From: Verrucomicrobiota bacterium | GTDB lineage: Bacteria; Verrucomicrobiota; Verrucomicrobiia; Opitutales; Opitutaceae | Assembly (NCBI GenBank): GCA_025362555.1 | Contig: JANYFP010000072.1 | Span: 1 to 59,519 of the forward strand | Reading direction: 5' to 3' | Length of the DNA: 59,519 nt | Part shown: positions 1 to 9,558 of the stretch, in pieces | Position numbering within the stretch: the first letter of the stretch is position 1 | Layout of the letters: every line of letters starts with the position of its first letter | The notes under the pieces: model-generated | What the model was told of the DNA's origin: nothing | Database searches by the model: none | The model's input: only the letters and a program-made list of their open reading frames with translations | Translations under genes and position numbers: made by a program

Positions 1-16
1 CTAACCCGATACCGAA

Positions 17-1210
17 ATGAAATACCCCCACATCATCCCGCTGTTGCTTATAGTTGGCCAACTCATGTGCACGAACGCACGGGCTGCCCAGATTCCGTCA
101 CCCATCGATACGGCCATGCCGATCGTTTCTGAAGAATTAGCGACTGCCCCCGGGGAAGTCGAACTTCAGCTCACCCTTAATGAGCACGGTTACGTGATCG
201 ACGCTTCGGTGAAGCGATCGACGAATCCGAAGCTCGAGGCCCCCTGCCTCGCCGCGATTCGCCAATGGCGCTACATGGTTCCCGCCGGTTCCGGTATCTC
301 ATTCATCCAGCCTTTCCGTTTTGGCGGCGAAATGATGGATACCGCTTCGCTCGGCGCCACGCGCCCGGAGCCAAAAAACAAAGTCGCGCCAGAACTACCT
401 GATGCGCTCACCGATATTTGCGGCGACGTCACGATCGCCCTGGCGATTGGTGCGAACGGTGAACCGTTCAACGCCACGGTCGCCAAGTCGTCGCACGAGG
501 AGCTCAATGCCGCCTGTCTTGCCGCCGCCAAGCGCTGGACCTTTAAACCCGCCACGGTTCAGGGCCGGCCAATTGCGAGCAACGTGTATCTCCCGTTTCA
601 TTTCGAAGGTTCTCCGATGTCCGTTTTCACCACTTACTCAAAGGCGGAGGTCGTCGATAACGAAAGTCTCGTTCCTGTCCGTCAGGCCAACCCGATCATT
701 CCTTCGGAGCTCGCGGGGATCAATGCCGACGCTTCTCTGGCGCTCACCGTCGATTCCCATGGTTTCGTTGTCAATGCCGTGGTCGAATCATCCACCAACA
801 CCGAGTTGGCCGAACTCGCCCGCCAAGCCGTCCTGCATTGGAAGTTCAAGCCCATCGTGAAAAATGGCCGCGCGATCACCGTTAAGGCGATGCAGCCGAT
901 GAAATTTGGCAAAGGTTCCGTGTCGATTGCCAAGGTGGACAAGATTCCGTCAGTGCGCTATTCGGTTAAACCAAATCTGCCGGAAGAACTCAAGGGAGTC
1001 AGCGGGTTTGCCCGCGCCGTGTTTGATGTGGACGCCGCAGGCAACGTGGTTGACGTGACGATCGCCGATGGTTCGCACGAGGCTTTCAATGACGCCGTCC
1101 TCGAGGTAGCTAAAGAGTGGACGTTTAATCCGGCTCTTCGCGATGGTGTGGCCACGCAGGCCCGGGTGACCGTTCCGTTTATGTTTGGTCCAAAGTTGGC
1201 TGCTAACTAA
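17..1210 (+). CDS. Secreted TonB-family protein with four tandem TonB C-terminal domains
   Basis: Signal peptide (..ARA/AQ). Four repeats of the TonB-CTD pattern G-x-V..G-V....S..L..A....W-F-P...P-F-F, ending at IRQWRY, AKRWTFKP, LHWKFKP and KEWTFNP. Confidence 0.85.
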   Translation: MKYPHIIPLLLIVGQLMCTNARAAQIPSPIDTAMPIVSEELATAPGEVELQLTLNEHGYVIDASVKRSTNPKLEAPCLAAIRQWRYMVPAGSGISFIQPFRFGGEMMDTASLGATRPEPKNKVAPELPDALTDICGDVTIALAIGANGEPFNATVAKSSHEELNAACLAAAKRWTFKPATVQGRPIASNVYLPFHFEGSPMSVFTTYSKAEVVDNESLVPVRQANPIIPSELAGINADASLALTVDSHGFVVNAVVESSTNTELAELARQAVLHWKFKPIVKNGRAITVKAMQPMKFGKGSVSIAKVDKIPSVRYSVKPNLPEELKGVSGFARAVFDVDAAGNVVDVTIADGSHEAFNDAVLEVAKEWTFNPALRDGVATQARVTVPFMFGPKLAAN

Positions 1211-1234
1211 GGTTTCCTTTATTCTTCTTTCTTC

Positions 1235-1263
1235 GGCGCGACCTTTTGGTCGCGCCTTTTTTT
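1235..1263 (+). terminator. Rho-independent terminator
   Basis: GGCGCGACC-TTTT-GGTCGCGCC followed by T7, 25 nt after the stop codon. Confidence 0.9.
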
Positions 1264-1530
1264 GCTCTACTCTCAAGTGATCGGTGCTTACCGGTGCGTG
1301 GGTGTCGATGCTAGGTGACGCACGCGGGAATTCCCGGTGCTCACCGGGTGCATGGTTAGGGTTGTATGCCGGCCAGTCGATGGGTGCTTGCCCCGATTGT
1401 TGGGCCGACTAGTCGCCTGCTAAAATGGAGGGAGCGGGTGCCTCCGTTGGTCGGGGTTTCCCGTCGTTCAATTCTCTTGGTGAGAATTGAAACCACACAA
1501 AATAAATCAAACAAGCTGGAGCAAGTTCCT

Positions 1531-2421
1531 ATGAGCAATCCATCGCAAATACCCGGAATGGGCTGGAGACCTGATCTGCCTGATATCCGTGACCTGACTA
1601 CCGACAGCGAGAAAACCATACCCCACATCGGCCGAGTAAAATCGCTGGTTGCCGCGAAAGCCGCGAAAAGTCCGCCGCAATTGGCCGCCTCGGTTGATCT
1701 CCGCGCTTGGTGCGCCCCCATTGAAAATCAAGGTGCGCTCGGCTCGTGTACGGCCAATGCGGGTATCGGAATGTACGAGTATTTTGAACGACGGGCCTTT
1801 GGTAAACATATTGATGGATCCCGCTTGTTTCTCTACAAAGCGACGCGTGATTTGCTGCACTGGACTGGCGACACCGGGGCTTATCTTCGCACCACGATGA
1901 AGGCACTCGCACTATTTGGGGCGCCGCCGGAAGAGTATTGGCCCTACAATATCGCCAGCTTCGACGTCGAGCCCCCCGCATTCTGTTACGCTTTCGGGCA
2001 GAGTTATCGGGCATTGAGTTACTACCGGCTCGACCCTCCGGGCACGTTGAAGCCGGCTTTGCTCAACCTGATAAAGGCGTATGCGGCCGCTGGATTCCCC
2101 AGCATGTTTGGATTTACGGTGTATTCCTCCTACACGCAGGCGGGGGCGACGGGAAAAATTCCGTTTCCAAAACTGGGTGAAAGTGTCGTGGGCGGCCACG
2201 CCGTGGTCGTGGTGGGCTATGATGACAGTCTCGTGATTCAAAACACCAATCCAGGCGGGCCAGCTACCACGGGAGCGTTCTTGATCCGGAATTCGTGGGG
2301 CACGGGTTGGGGCGCGGCTGGTTACGGCTGGCTTCCTTATCAATACGTGCTCTCCGGACTCGCGGTCGATTGGTGGTCGATGATCAAAGGCGACTGGATT
2401 GATACCAATCTGTTTACGTAG
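1531..2421 (+). CDS. Papain-like C1 family cysteine peptidase
   Basis: QGALGSCTANA (oxyanion Gln and catalytic Cys), GGHAVVVVGY (His), IRNSWG (Asn). GWRPDLPD N-terminus typical of bacterial C1A proteins. Start placed at ATG 1531. Confidence 0.92.
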   Translation: MSNPSQIPGMGWRPDLPDIRDLTTDSEKTIPHIGRVKSLVAAKAAKSPPQLAASVDLRAWCAPIENQGALGSCTANAGIGMYEYFERRAFGKHIDGSRLFLYKATRDLLHWTGDTGAYLRTTMKALALFGAPPEEYWPYNIASFDVEPPAFCYAFGQSYRALSYYRLDPPGTLKPALLNLIKAYAAAGFPSMFGFTVYSSYTQAGATGKIPFPKLGESVVGGHAVVVVGYDDSLVIQNTNPGGPATTGAFLIRNSWGTGWGAAGYGWLPYQYVLSGLAVDWWSMIKGDWIDTNLFT

Positions 2422-2465
2422 CAGCCTCCACGAATCCGACGCAACGGGCGTTTGGCAAACTTACA

Positions 2466-2495
2466 GGACGGGAGCTTCGCGCTCCCGTCTTTTTT
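2466..2495 (+). terminator. Rho-independent terminator
   Basis: GACGGGAGC-TTCGC-GCTCCCGTC followed by a T-tract. Confidence 0.85.
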
Positions 2496-2619
2496 ATCAG
2501 CGGGACAACCACAGTTCTTTTCCTGATGCCTGCGCGCTGTTGGGTTGGTTCCGACAAAATCGGCGTGCGGTATAAAAAGAATCTTGGGCTGGAAGTTGTT
2601 CGGGTCTTACTTTGGTGGC

Positions 2620-3534
2620 GTGGCGACTCATTTCTACAAGATTGGCGTGGATGGCGGGGGCACGAAAACAGAGTTGATTCTGTTGGATTCTTCCGGTGCG
2701 GAACTCGCACGCCACATCGCGGTTGGCTGCAATCCCAGCCAAGTGGGCGCGGAGCAGGCTCGAATTATTCTGGCCGTAGCCTTGCGCGAACTTACTGCTA
2801 AACATCCGGGGCCGATTTCCCATTCGGTGTTGTGCATGGCGGGCAACGGAGCCTTCTGGAAAGAAACCGCCGCGGCTCTCAAAGATTACGGCGCGATCAC
2901 GACGCTGGACGATTCAGTCCCTGTGTTGGAGCTCGCGACGAACGGTGCGCCCGGCCTTGTGCTGCACGCGGGTACCGGATCCTTTGTGGCCGCGCGCAGT
3001 TTAGATGGAGCGGTTCACTATGCCGGCGGACTCGGTTGGAAATTTGGCGATCCGGGTAGCGGTTTCGATCTGGGTCGTCGCGCGATTGGACTGGCTCTGC
3101 TTGAATTGCAGGGTCTGTCGAAGCAGGGAAGCGCGGTTTCACCGTTAGCCGAAGCGTTGCGGACGCATACGGGACTGGCGGATTATTCCGCCATCTCACG
3201 GTTTCTCTACAATGACGCTGGTGCCAACGCTAAAATCGCGTCGTTTGCCCCACAGGTGCTCGCGCTCGCGACCGCCGATTGCGGTCCGGCTCAACAAGTC
3301 GTCGCCGATTCAATCACGGATCTCGCCCGGCAGGTGGACCAGGTGATTCACCGTCATTTTCCGCAGCCCACGACGAAATTCCCTTGTGGCGTGAGCGGCC
3401 GAATTTTGAACAGTGAGCCCGCCGCATTCGCGCTCCGTTCACTCGCCAGCAAACTGCAGTGGCCGGTTGAATTGCATTTCATGGACACGCCGCCGATCGA
3501 GGGTGTGCGGCGATTGTTGGCGAGGATGGGGTAG
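2620..3534 (+). CDS. BadF/BadG/BcrA/BcrD-family ATPase, probable N-acetylglucosamine/N-acetylmuramate kinase
   Basis: IGVDGGGTKT phosphate loop, AGTGS and GGLGWKFGDPGSG motifs. Start uncertain (GTG 2620; the ORF is open from 2545). Confidence 0.85.
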   Translation: MATHFYKIGVDGGGTKTELILLDSSGAELARHIAVGCNPSQVGAEQARIILAVALRELTAKHPGPISHSVLCMAGNGAFWKETAAALKDYGAITTLDDSVPVLELATNGAPGLVLHAGTGSFVAARSLDGAVHYAGGLGWKFGDPGSGFDLGRRAIGLALLELQGLSKQGSAVSPLAEALRTHTGLADYSAISRFLYNDAGANAKIASFAPQVLALATADCGPAQQVVADSITDLARQVDQVIHRHFPQPTTKFPCGVSGRILNSEPAAFALRSLASKLQWPVELHFMDTPPIEGVRRLLARMG

Positions 3535-3594
3535 GCCGATCGCGGTCTTACCAACACGCTTGCCCGGCCGCCGGCACCACTCATCTTGTTTGCC

Positions 3595-4512
3595 ATGGTC
3601 GCTTCTTCCGTCACCGCTGCTTTTCTCGCCGAGCCTGATTGGCTCGCACGTCGGCGCGGGCACGAGGAACGCGTGTTGGTCTGGACCGCGCCGCATCAAG
3701 CCCGGCGTGGTCGTGGCGAGAAGCACCCGGTACACGATTTTCTTTTCGACTACTATCGTTTCCGGCCGAGTTGGCTGCAGCGTTGGCATCCGGGTCCGGA
3801 TGTCGTGTTGCAGGGTGAGCGGGCTCAGGAATATTTGCGCTGGCCGGAGTATCACGCGGTTGAGGGTGGAGTGGCCTTGAATCCCGCGTCGCTTGAGCCA
3901 CGCCGGCACGAGAGTCTGGCCTGGATGGTGAATTTGTTGCGCCTCACCATCGAACGTCCACCGCAGTTCGCGTGCTACGGTCTGCACGAGTGGGCGATGG
4001 TTTACCGGCAGACGCCGGAACAAGTGCGACACAATGCGTGGCCGCTCCGATTCTCGCCCGACGAGTTGGCGCGTGTGGTCGAGGCGCAACCGATTCGCTG
4101 TTCTCATTTTGATGCGTTTCGTTTTTTCACCGAGCCGGCGCGGCCGCTTAATAAATTGCAACCGACGCGGCTCGCAGTCCCGCAGTTTGAGCAGCGCGGC
4201 TGTTTGCACGCCAACATGGATCTGTACAAATGGGCGTTCAAATTTTCGCCATTCACGCCGAGTGAATTGATGGCCGATTGTTTTGCACTGGCCCGCGATA
4301 TTCGTGAGATCGACATGCGCGCGAGCCCGTACGATCTTCGCCAACTCGGTTACGCGCCGATCGCCATCGAGACACCGGATGGCCGCGCTGAATATGAAGT
4401 GCACCAGCGCAGCTTCGCCGAGCGCAGTCAGCCGCTGCGGGCGCGGTTGGTGGCGTGCGGAGAGCGATTGTTGATGCCGGACGCGCCAGCGCGGATCTCG
4501 CAGGCCGATTAG
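3595..4512 (+). CDS. Conserved Cys/His-rich protein of a family usually auto-annotated '3-methyladenine DNA glycosylase'
   Basis: Family motifs KHPVxDFLFxYY, CYGLHEWAMVY, CSHFDAFRFFT, EQxGCLHANMDLYKW and DMRASPYDL. Confidence 0.7.
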   Translation: MVASSVTAAFLAEPDWLARRRGHEERVLVWTAPHQARRGRGEKHPVHDFLFDYYRFRPSWLQRWHPGPDVVLQGERAQEYLRWPEYHAVEGGVALNPASLEPRRHESLAWMVNLLRLTIERPPQFACYGLHEWAMVYRQTPEQVRHNAWPLRFSPDELARVVEAQPIRCSHFDAFRFFTEPARPLNKLQPTRLAVPQFEQRGCLHANMDLYKWAFKFSPFTPSELMADCFALARDIREIDMRASPYDLRQLGYAPIAIETPDGRAEYEVHQRSFAERSQPLRARLVACGERLLMPDAPARISQAD

Positions 4513-4530
4513 TTCCACCGCCACTATTTC

Positions 4531-5628
4531 ATGAGCGCAGATCTACCACGCGTTTTATTCCTCATTTGTCTGATGCCATGGATCGCACATTTATCAGTGC
4601 ACGCCGAAGAACGGGGACGGAACTCACCGGCCGATCAGTTCGGGCAGCGACTTTCGGATTCGTCTTTGACTGAGCAAAGACTGCTCTTGCGTGATTGGTC
4701 TGTGAATGTGGCTTTAACCGACCTGGGGAACGCCGCCAGTCAAGTTGAGCAGAAATTTGCCGGGGTTCGGGCCATGGGCCACACGATCCAGCAGAGTGAT
4801 TTCACTCGGGCCATCGACGTTTCCGCCCTGACCTATCGTAATCCGGATTACTGGCGCGGGGTCATGGAAATGGCTCCTGGAAATTATCTGATCGCCGTAA
4901 TGCCTGCTTTGATGCACCTCGCAAACGGCGAGTGGGATCAGGCGCGGCGACTCTTCACTCTCTTGGGCTCATTTTCTCCCGGCGAGAATCCACCCGCAGT
5001 TTATTTGGCGGATGCCAGCCGGCATTTGGATTTGTGTATCGAGCTCATGAACCGTGAAACCCGTCGGGGGATCGCACTGCATGACCAGGGAAAGTATGAT
5101 GAGGCGATCGCGATCTATCAGCATATTCTTGCGTCGGGGGTGCAGAGTGCGTGGGTGCGCTATGAATTGTTTTTTTCCACGGCCAGCAAGGGAGGTAAAG
5201 AGGGAATGATCGCGGCCATGAATAGTGCCGGCCCGGCCGGTTGGGCGGATGCGGCCAGAGAAATCTACGCCATGGACCCTCTGTACACGACCCAGTTTAG
5301 CGCGAAGCGGGGCAAGGATATGGCCGCGTTCATGGATCGGTTGGCCTTAAGAAGCATGCTCGATAACAAGAAACTACCGGCCAGTGAGAAAGTGGCGATC
5401 TATGCGGACCTCGCCCTCAAGCTTGAGGATTATCCCGTCGCCGCACATCTGTATTGGTATTCTTTGGGGATAAAAGAAGGCGGCCTGTCGACTGATGAGC
5501 GCCTCATGCGTTTTCTTTATTGCCTCGATAAATGTGGGGTTTCCGATTTGCAGAAAAATTTCAAAGGGAATTTCCCAAAGAAATTCAAACAGCTCGACGC
5601 CCAGTTGGCGAAGCACCGCGCCAGTTAA
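4531..5628 (+). CDS. Hypothetical exported helical-repeat (TPR-like) protein
   Basis: Signal-peptide-like N-terminus (..VHA/EE) and TPR-like segment GIALHDQGKYDEAIAIYQHIL. Confidence 0.6.
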   Translation: MSADLPRVLFLICLMPWIAHLSVHAEERGRNSPADQFGQRLSDSSLTEQRLLLRDWSVNVALTDLGNAASQVEQKFAGVRAMGHTIQQSDFTRAIDVSALTYRNPDYWRGVMEMAPGNYLIAVMPALMHLANGEWDQARRLFTLLGSFSPGENPPAVYLADASRHLDLCIELMNRETRRGIALHDQGKYDEAIAIYQHILASGVQSAWVRYELFFSTASKGGKEGMIAAMNSAGPAGWADAAREIYAMDPLYTTQFSAKRGKDMAAFMDRLALRSMLDNKKLPASEKVAIYADLALKLEDYPVAAHLYWYSLGIKEGGLSTDERLMRFLYCLDKCGVSDLQKNFKGNFPKKFKQLDAQLAKHRAS

Positions 5629-5676
5629 GGGCGAGTCGCGCATTGCATCACGCTTGGTCCGGGTTATATTATTTGG

Positions 5677-6777
5677 ATGCAAGAGCCCGTGGATTATACT
5701 CTCAAGCGGACGCAGAAAAAGCCCAGTTATCCGATTGGCGGGCCGCTGCGGGATTATCTAAAAAAATACCGGCGCGAGCGGACGTTGCCCGTTACGTACG
5801 AGCGCCTGTGCCATTATCATGAGGCTTATGCTCTCGCCGATGCGGATGGGCGCCCGACCCTTTGGGATTCCGTTGTCTATCAGTCGGCGGATATTGGGGC
5901 ACTCAATGAAGGATTGAAACGCATCTACGCGCTGTTGCGGGTGGATGGCGATTTCTCGATCATGGAGCATCTCTACATCGACCGAATTGATTTTTGCAGC
6001 TTCGGCAATTCGAAGCCGTTCCGTATCCGCATTGTCAATGCGTACAATGACAACCCCGACTATTTCTACGTCAAAAAGGCCGACGCCTCCCGCGTGTATG
6101 GGTTGGAGCTCGAGCATCTGCTCTCTCCGAACCGGCTGAATTTTATCACCTACGAAAATACCCTCGTCGAGGAACACATCGCAGGCGTCCCGGGCGATGT
6201 GTTTATCGCCGACTGGCTTGAGCGTAAAGAACTCCGGCCCATTCGCATCGCGAAAGAACTCGTGAAATTTAATGAACGTTGCTTCGTCCGCCTCCTTGGC
6301 GATATGCGAAGCTACAATTTCGTGATCGTGCTGACTCCGGATTTCGAAGGCTGGCAGGTGCGCATTCGCGCGATGGACTTCGATCAACAGTCTTACAACG
6401 GCCGGAAGAATTTTTATCTGCCGCAGTTCTTTAAGGAAAACGTGCGGCTCGTGGAATTCTGCAATAAGCATCTCCACCCTCGCACCGCTTACCAATATCA
6501 ACGCGAAGAGCAGACCCTTCTTTTGCAGCGCGCGGAGTTAGCCGCCACCCGCCTTCACGCTCTGTTGCACGCGATGGAGGGTGACCCGATTGCGCCAGAG
6601 GAAAATATTCGCACGTTGCGGGAAGGTCTGGCTCAGCATTTCCAGGTTGATCGTTTCCTGCGTTGCGAGACGATGGGTTCACTGGTGCAAGCCAGCTTGC
6701 AAACCGTGCGGGAACGTATTCAGCAGAACATTTCGCCGACCTCGGCGGAGATGATGCTTTCTTCGGGCCGCGAGTGA
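5677..6777 (+). CDS. Conserved hypothetical protein, possible atypical (HipA/PI3K-like) kinase fold
   Basis: Long ORF in operon context with motifs FGNSKPF, YFYVKK, LLGDMRSYNF and AMDFDQ. Confidence 0.65.
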   Translation: MQEPVDYTLKRTQKKPSYPIGGPLRDYLKKYRRERTLPVTYERLCHYHEAYALADADGRPTLWDSVVYQSADIGALNEGLKRIYALLRVDGDFSIMEHLYIDRIDFCSFGNSKPFRIRIVNAYNDNPDYFYVKKADASRVYGLELEHLLSPNRLNFITYENTLVEEHIAGVPGDVFIADWLERKELRPIRIAKELVKFNERCFVRLLGDMRSYNFVIVLTPDFEGWQVRIRAMDFDQQSYNGRKNFYLPQFFKENVRLVEFCNKHLHPRTAYQYQREEQTLLLQRAELAATRLHALLHAMEGDPIAPEENIRTLREGLAQHFQVDRFLRCETMGSLVQASLQTVRERIQQNISPTSAEMMLSSGRE

Positions 6778-6881
6778 GAGCTGAGTAAATCCGGGTAGGC
6801 CAGTGAGCTTGTTGACTTACGGAAAGAGAAACTGGTAGCTGCCGGGACGCCTCTGTTTCTGGAATTCACGGCGAGTCCGAC

Positions 6882-9434
6882 TTATTGAAATAGCAGCGTG
6901 ATCGTTTCCGGCGGCAACATTTGTTGCAACTGTCGCTGCGCGTTGCTTGCTCCGGTGCGATTGCCCTCGGAGACACAGAGCGTCATTTCGCCGAGTACGC
7001 GGCCGGCATCTGCCGCAGTGGATTCGCGCTCAGGCAATGGCGTCATGCGGGGTCGCGAGCGCTGTGTCACCTGATCCAGCCAGGCCTGCAATCGTCGGCC
7101 GGTGAACAGCGTGCTTTCGCTGCCACCGGTGTGTAGCATCGGTCCGAGCAATTCGATCCAAGGCTGGTCTTCGCGATTCAGGCGGACTTCGCTGGCGGGC
7201 AGATCGGCCAGGGTCAGGTCACCGACGAAGCTCATCCAAAAAGCATCGGTTGAACGCAACTGTGGATTCGTCGCATCCGGCTGCATCGCGGTCAATCGGC
7301 GGCGCACCTGTTCGACATCCAATTTCAAATCGCCGACTCCGCTGATCAACGCGATGGCGGGTTCAGTGGGCGAGAAATCACCTCGCCACACCTGGGCGTG
7401 CGGGAAAACGGTGAGAAAGGTTCGCGTCAGAATATTGACCTCGACCTCCGAGAGCTGGAAGAGCGGCAGCCATTGGCAGAATAATCCGCCTGGGGCCAAG
7501 GCGTCGCGCGCCGCGGTGAATTGTTCCAGGGTGAACAGGGATCCTTCGCCTTGGCGCCACGGCACGACGAGATCACCGACAATCACATCAAAGCGCGCGC
7601 CGGAACCGCGCAGATAATGGCGCGCGTCGTCGGCGACCACGCGGGTGTGCGTATCATCGAGCACGTGATGATTGGCTTCACCGAAATACTCGCGTGCGGC
7701 CGTGACCACCTCAGGCACGAGTTCCATCACCGTCACCTGTTCGATGGGATGAAATAACGCTCCGCCCGCCGTGATGCCGGTGCCCAAGCCAAGAAATGCC
7801 ACGCGCCGCGGCGCCGGATGCAGGAGCAATGGAATGTGCGCTTGCATCCGCTCGTCGCCCGTTGAGGCCGTGCCGCCGAGGCCGTAATGATTGTTGAGTT
7901 TGAGCCGACGCGAGCCGGGACGTTCCGCGACGGCGGTGATGCCATGTGCTCCCTCAGTCAAAGCGATCAAGTGTTCGCCCTGATCAGAGGCGAGACGTAC
8001 ACGGGGCAGTTCCAGTTGAGCGATGGGCCACAGCATCGCGAGCCAGGTGCCCGCGATGACCAAGCCGAATTTTCGCTGCTGCGGCGGATTCTTCCAGCGA
8101 ATCCATTGCCACATTCCCGCGGCCAGCACGAGCGCGCCGAGCCAAAGGATGCTGGTCCACAAGCCGAGCCAGCGCGGCAGCAAAAATCCGGCCGCGAGCG
8201 CACCGCCGACGGAGCCGGTGATATTTGCCACGAGCAATCGCCCGAGCACGCGGGCCGCGCCGTCACCCGAGGTGCGTCCGGCCTGTTCCATAATTGCCGG
8301 CAGGCCGATGCCGAGCAGCGCCATGGGAACCAAGAGCATCGCGGTCGCGAGACCCGAGAGGTGCAGTGCATGCGCGGTCCAGCCGCCATCGACGGAGAGG
8401 TAGCTCAAATTATTTGACAGGTTTAGAAATAGCCAAGGTCCGCTCATGACCGCGAGGCCCGCGAGCATCCACGCGCCGCCCAGTAATCGGAGCGGTGCGA
8501 TCTCCCGGCGCAAACCGAGCCGGGCCAATTGCGCGCCGAGCGCGAGAGCGAAGATGATGACGGCCACGATCACCGAAAACGAATACATGGAGTTCTCATG
8601 GACCTGCGCAAACGCGCGATTCCAGAGCACCTGTAGGGCAAAAGTCACGAGACCGGAGATGAGTGCGAGTAACGCGACGGGCGAAGTGGAGTTAGCGTAA
8701 GGGGGTTGGTTCGGGCGGATTTTATTTTTCAGTTCACGCAGTTCTCCCGCGGGTGCGGTATCATTCGATTCGCCCTGTCGTCGGTCCAGTCGCCACGCGA
8801 CGAAGGCCAACAGGGCGTTGGTTGTGGCGCACAGCCACACCGTTTTGTTGAGTCCTAAATTCGGGAGCAATAGAAAGGGGACGGCGAGTGCGCCGAAGCC
8901 GGCGCCGGCAGTGTTCACGACGTAGAGCCAGCCGGCCGTCAGGCCCAGGTGGCGTTGGCCGCGGTCGACCAAGTGGCCGAGTAACGGCAGCGTACCGCCC
9001 ATGCAAAAAGTTGGAATCAATACCGCGGCAAAGACGACCAGCGTGCGGATTGCCAAAAATAATCCGGCGTGAGCCGATAACGCGTCGAATAGCCACGGAT
9101 AAGCGTGTTCGAAACCATTGAGTAGTGGCGCGACGAGCAGCGCGCCAAGCCCGACACTTAATTCAAGCAGCGCATAGGCGCGCAGCGGACGCTTCCAGCG
9201 AGGGGCGACGCGGCCGACTACGAAAGCGCCTGCGCCCAAGCCGGCGAAGTATCCGGCTAATACCGCCGCAGTGGCTGGAGAGGCGGAGCCAAACAACAGG
9301 GCAAATTGCCGTTGCCAGACAATCTCGTACACGAGGGCCACCGCTCCGGAAACAAACAGCAGCAGCGCCACCGGTCCAAAGTGTGGTGAGGCAACGGGAA
9401 TGCCCGCGCGGATCGATTTCGAGGCAGTCGTCAT
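6882..9434 (-). CDS. Fused multi-pass membrane (MFS-like) / spermidine synthase-like SAM-dependent transferase
   Basis: Two repeated membrane blocks (FVSGAVALVYEIVWQR; ISGLVTFALQVLWNR), then LGLGTGIT, MELVPEV, DDARHYL and FDVIVGD. Start moved to 9434 because the upstream part of the ORF overlaps a terminator. Confidence 0.88.
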   Translation of the reverse strand: MTTASKSIRAGIPVASPHFGPVALLLFVSGAVALVYEIVWQRQFALLFGSASPATAAVLAGYFAGLGAGAFVVGRVAPRWKRPLRAYALLELSVGLGALLVAPLLNGFEHAYPWLFDALSAHAGLFLAIRTLVVFAAVLIPTFCMGGTLPLLGHLVDRGQRHLGLTAGWLYVVNTAGAGFGALAVPFLLLPNLGLNKTVWLCATTNALLAFVAWRLDRRQGESNDTAPAGELRELKNKIRPNQPPYANSTSPVALLALISGLVTFALQVLWNRAFAQVHENSMYSFSVIVAVIIFALALGAQLARLGLRREIAPLRLLGGAWMLAGLAVMSGPWLFLNLSNNLSYLSVDGGWTAHALHLSGLATAMLLVPMALLGIGLPAIMEQAGRTSGDGAARVLGRLLVANITGSVGGALAAGFLLPRWLGLWTSILWLGALVLAAGMWQWIRWKNPPQQRKFGLVIAGTWLAMLWPIAQLELPRVRLASDQGEHLIALTEGAHGITAVAERPGSRRLKLNNHYGLGGTASTGDERMQAHIPLLLHPAPRRVAFLGLGTGITAGGALFHPIEQVTVMELVPEVVTAAREYFGEANHHVLDDTHTRVVADDARHYLRGSGARFDVIVGDLVVPWRQGEGSLFTLEQFTAARDALAPGGLFCQWLPLFQLSEVEVNILTRTFLTVFPHAQVWRGDFSPTEPAIALISGVGDLKLDVEQVRRRLTAMQPDATNPQLRSTDAFWMSFVGDLTLADLPASEVRLNREDQPWIELLGPMLHTGGSESTLFTGRRLQAWLDQVTQRSRPRMTPLPERESTAADAGRVLGEMTLCVSEGNRTGASNAQRQLQQMLPPETITLLFQ

Positions 9435-9475
9435 GGAATGGCGGGAAGCGTGGTGGCTAATCAAAAGGGCGAAAG

Positions 9476-9509
9476 AAAAAAGACGGGGCGAAACAATCGC
9501 CACCGTCTT
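9476..9509 (-). terminator. Terminator of outer-membrane barrel paralog 1
   Basis: Minus strand AAGACGGTGGCGA-TTGTT-TCGCCCCGTCTTTTTT. Confidence 0.8.
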
Positions 9510-9558
9510 GTGCACCTAAAGACCCTGACTGGGCTGGGCGCTAAGAGCGCCGATTGGT

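Noticed and set aside
3439-4524. 361-aa minus-strand ORF (and similar long shadow ORFs at 13178, 25185, 33005, 52852 and 58082)
   Set aside because: Each overlaps a well-supported gene on the other strand or frame and lacks domain signatures.
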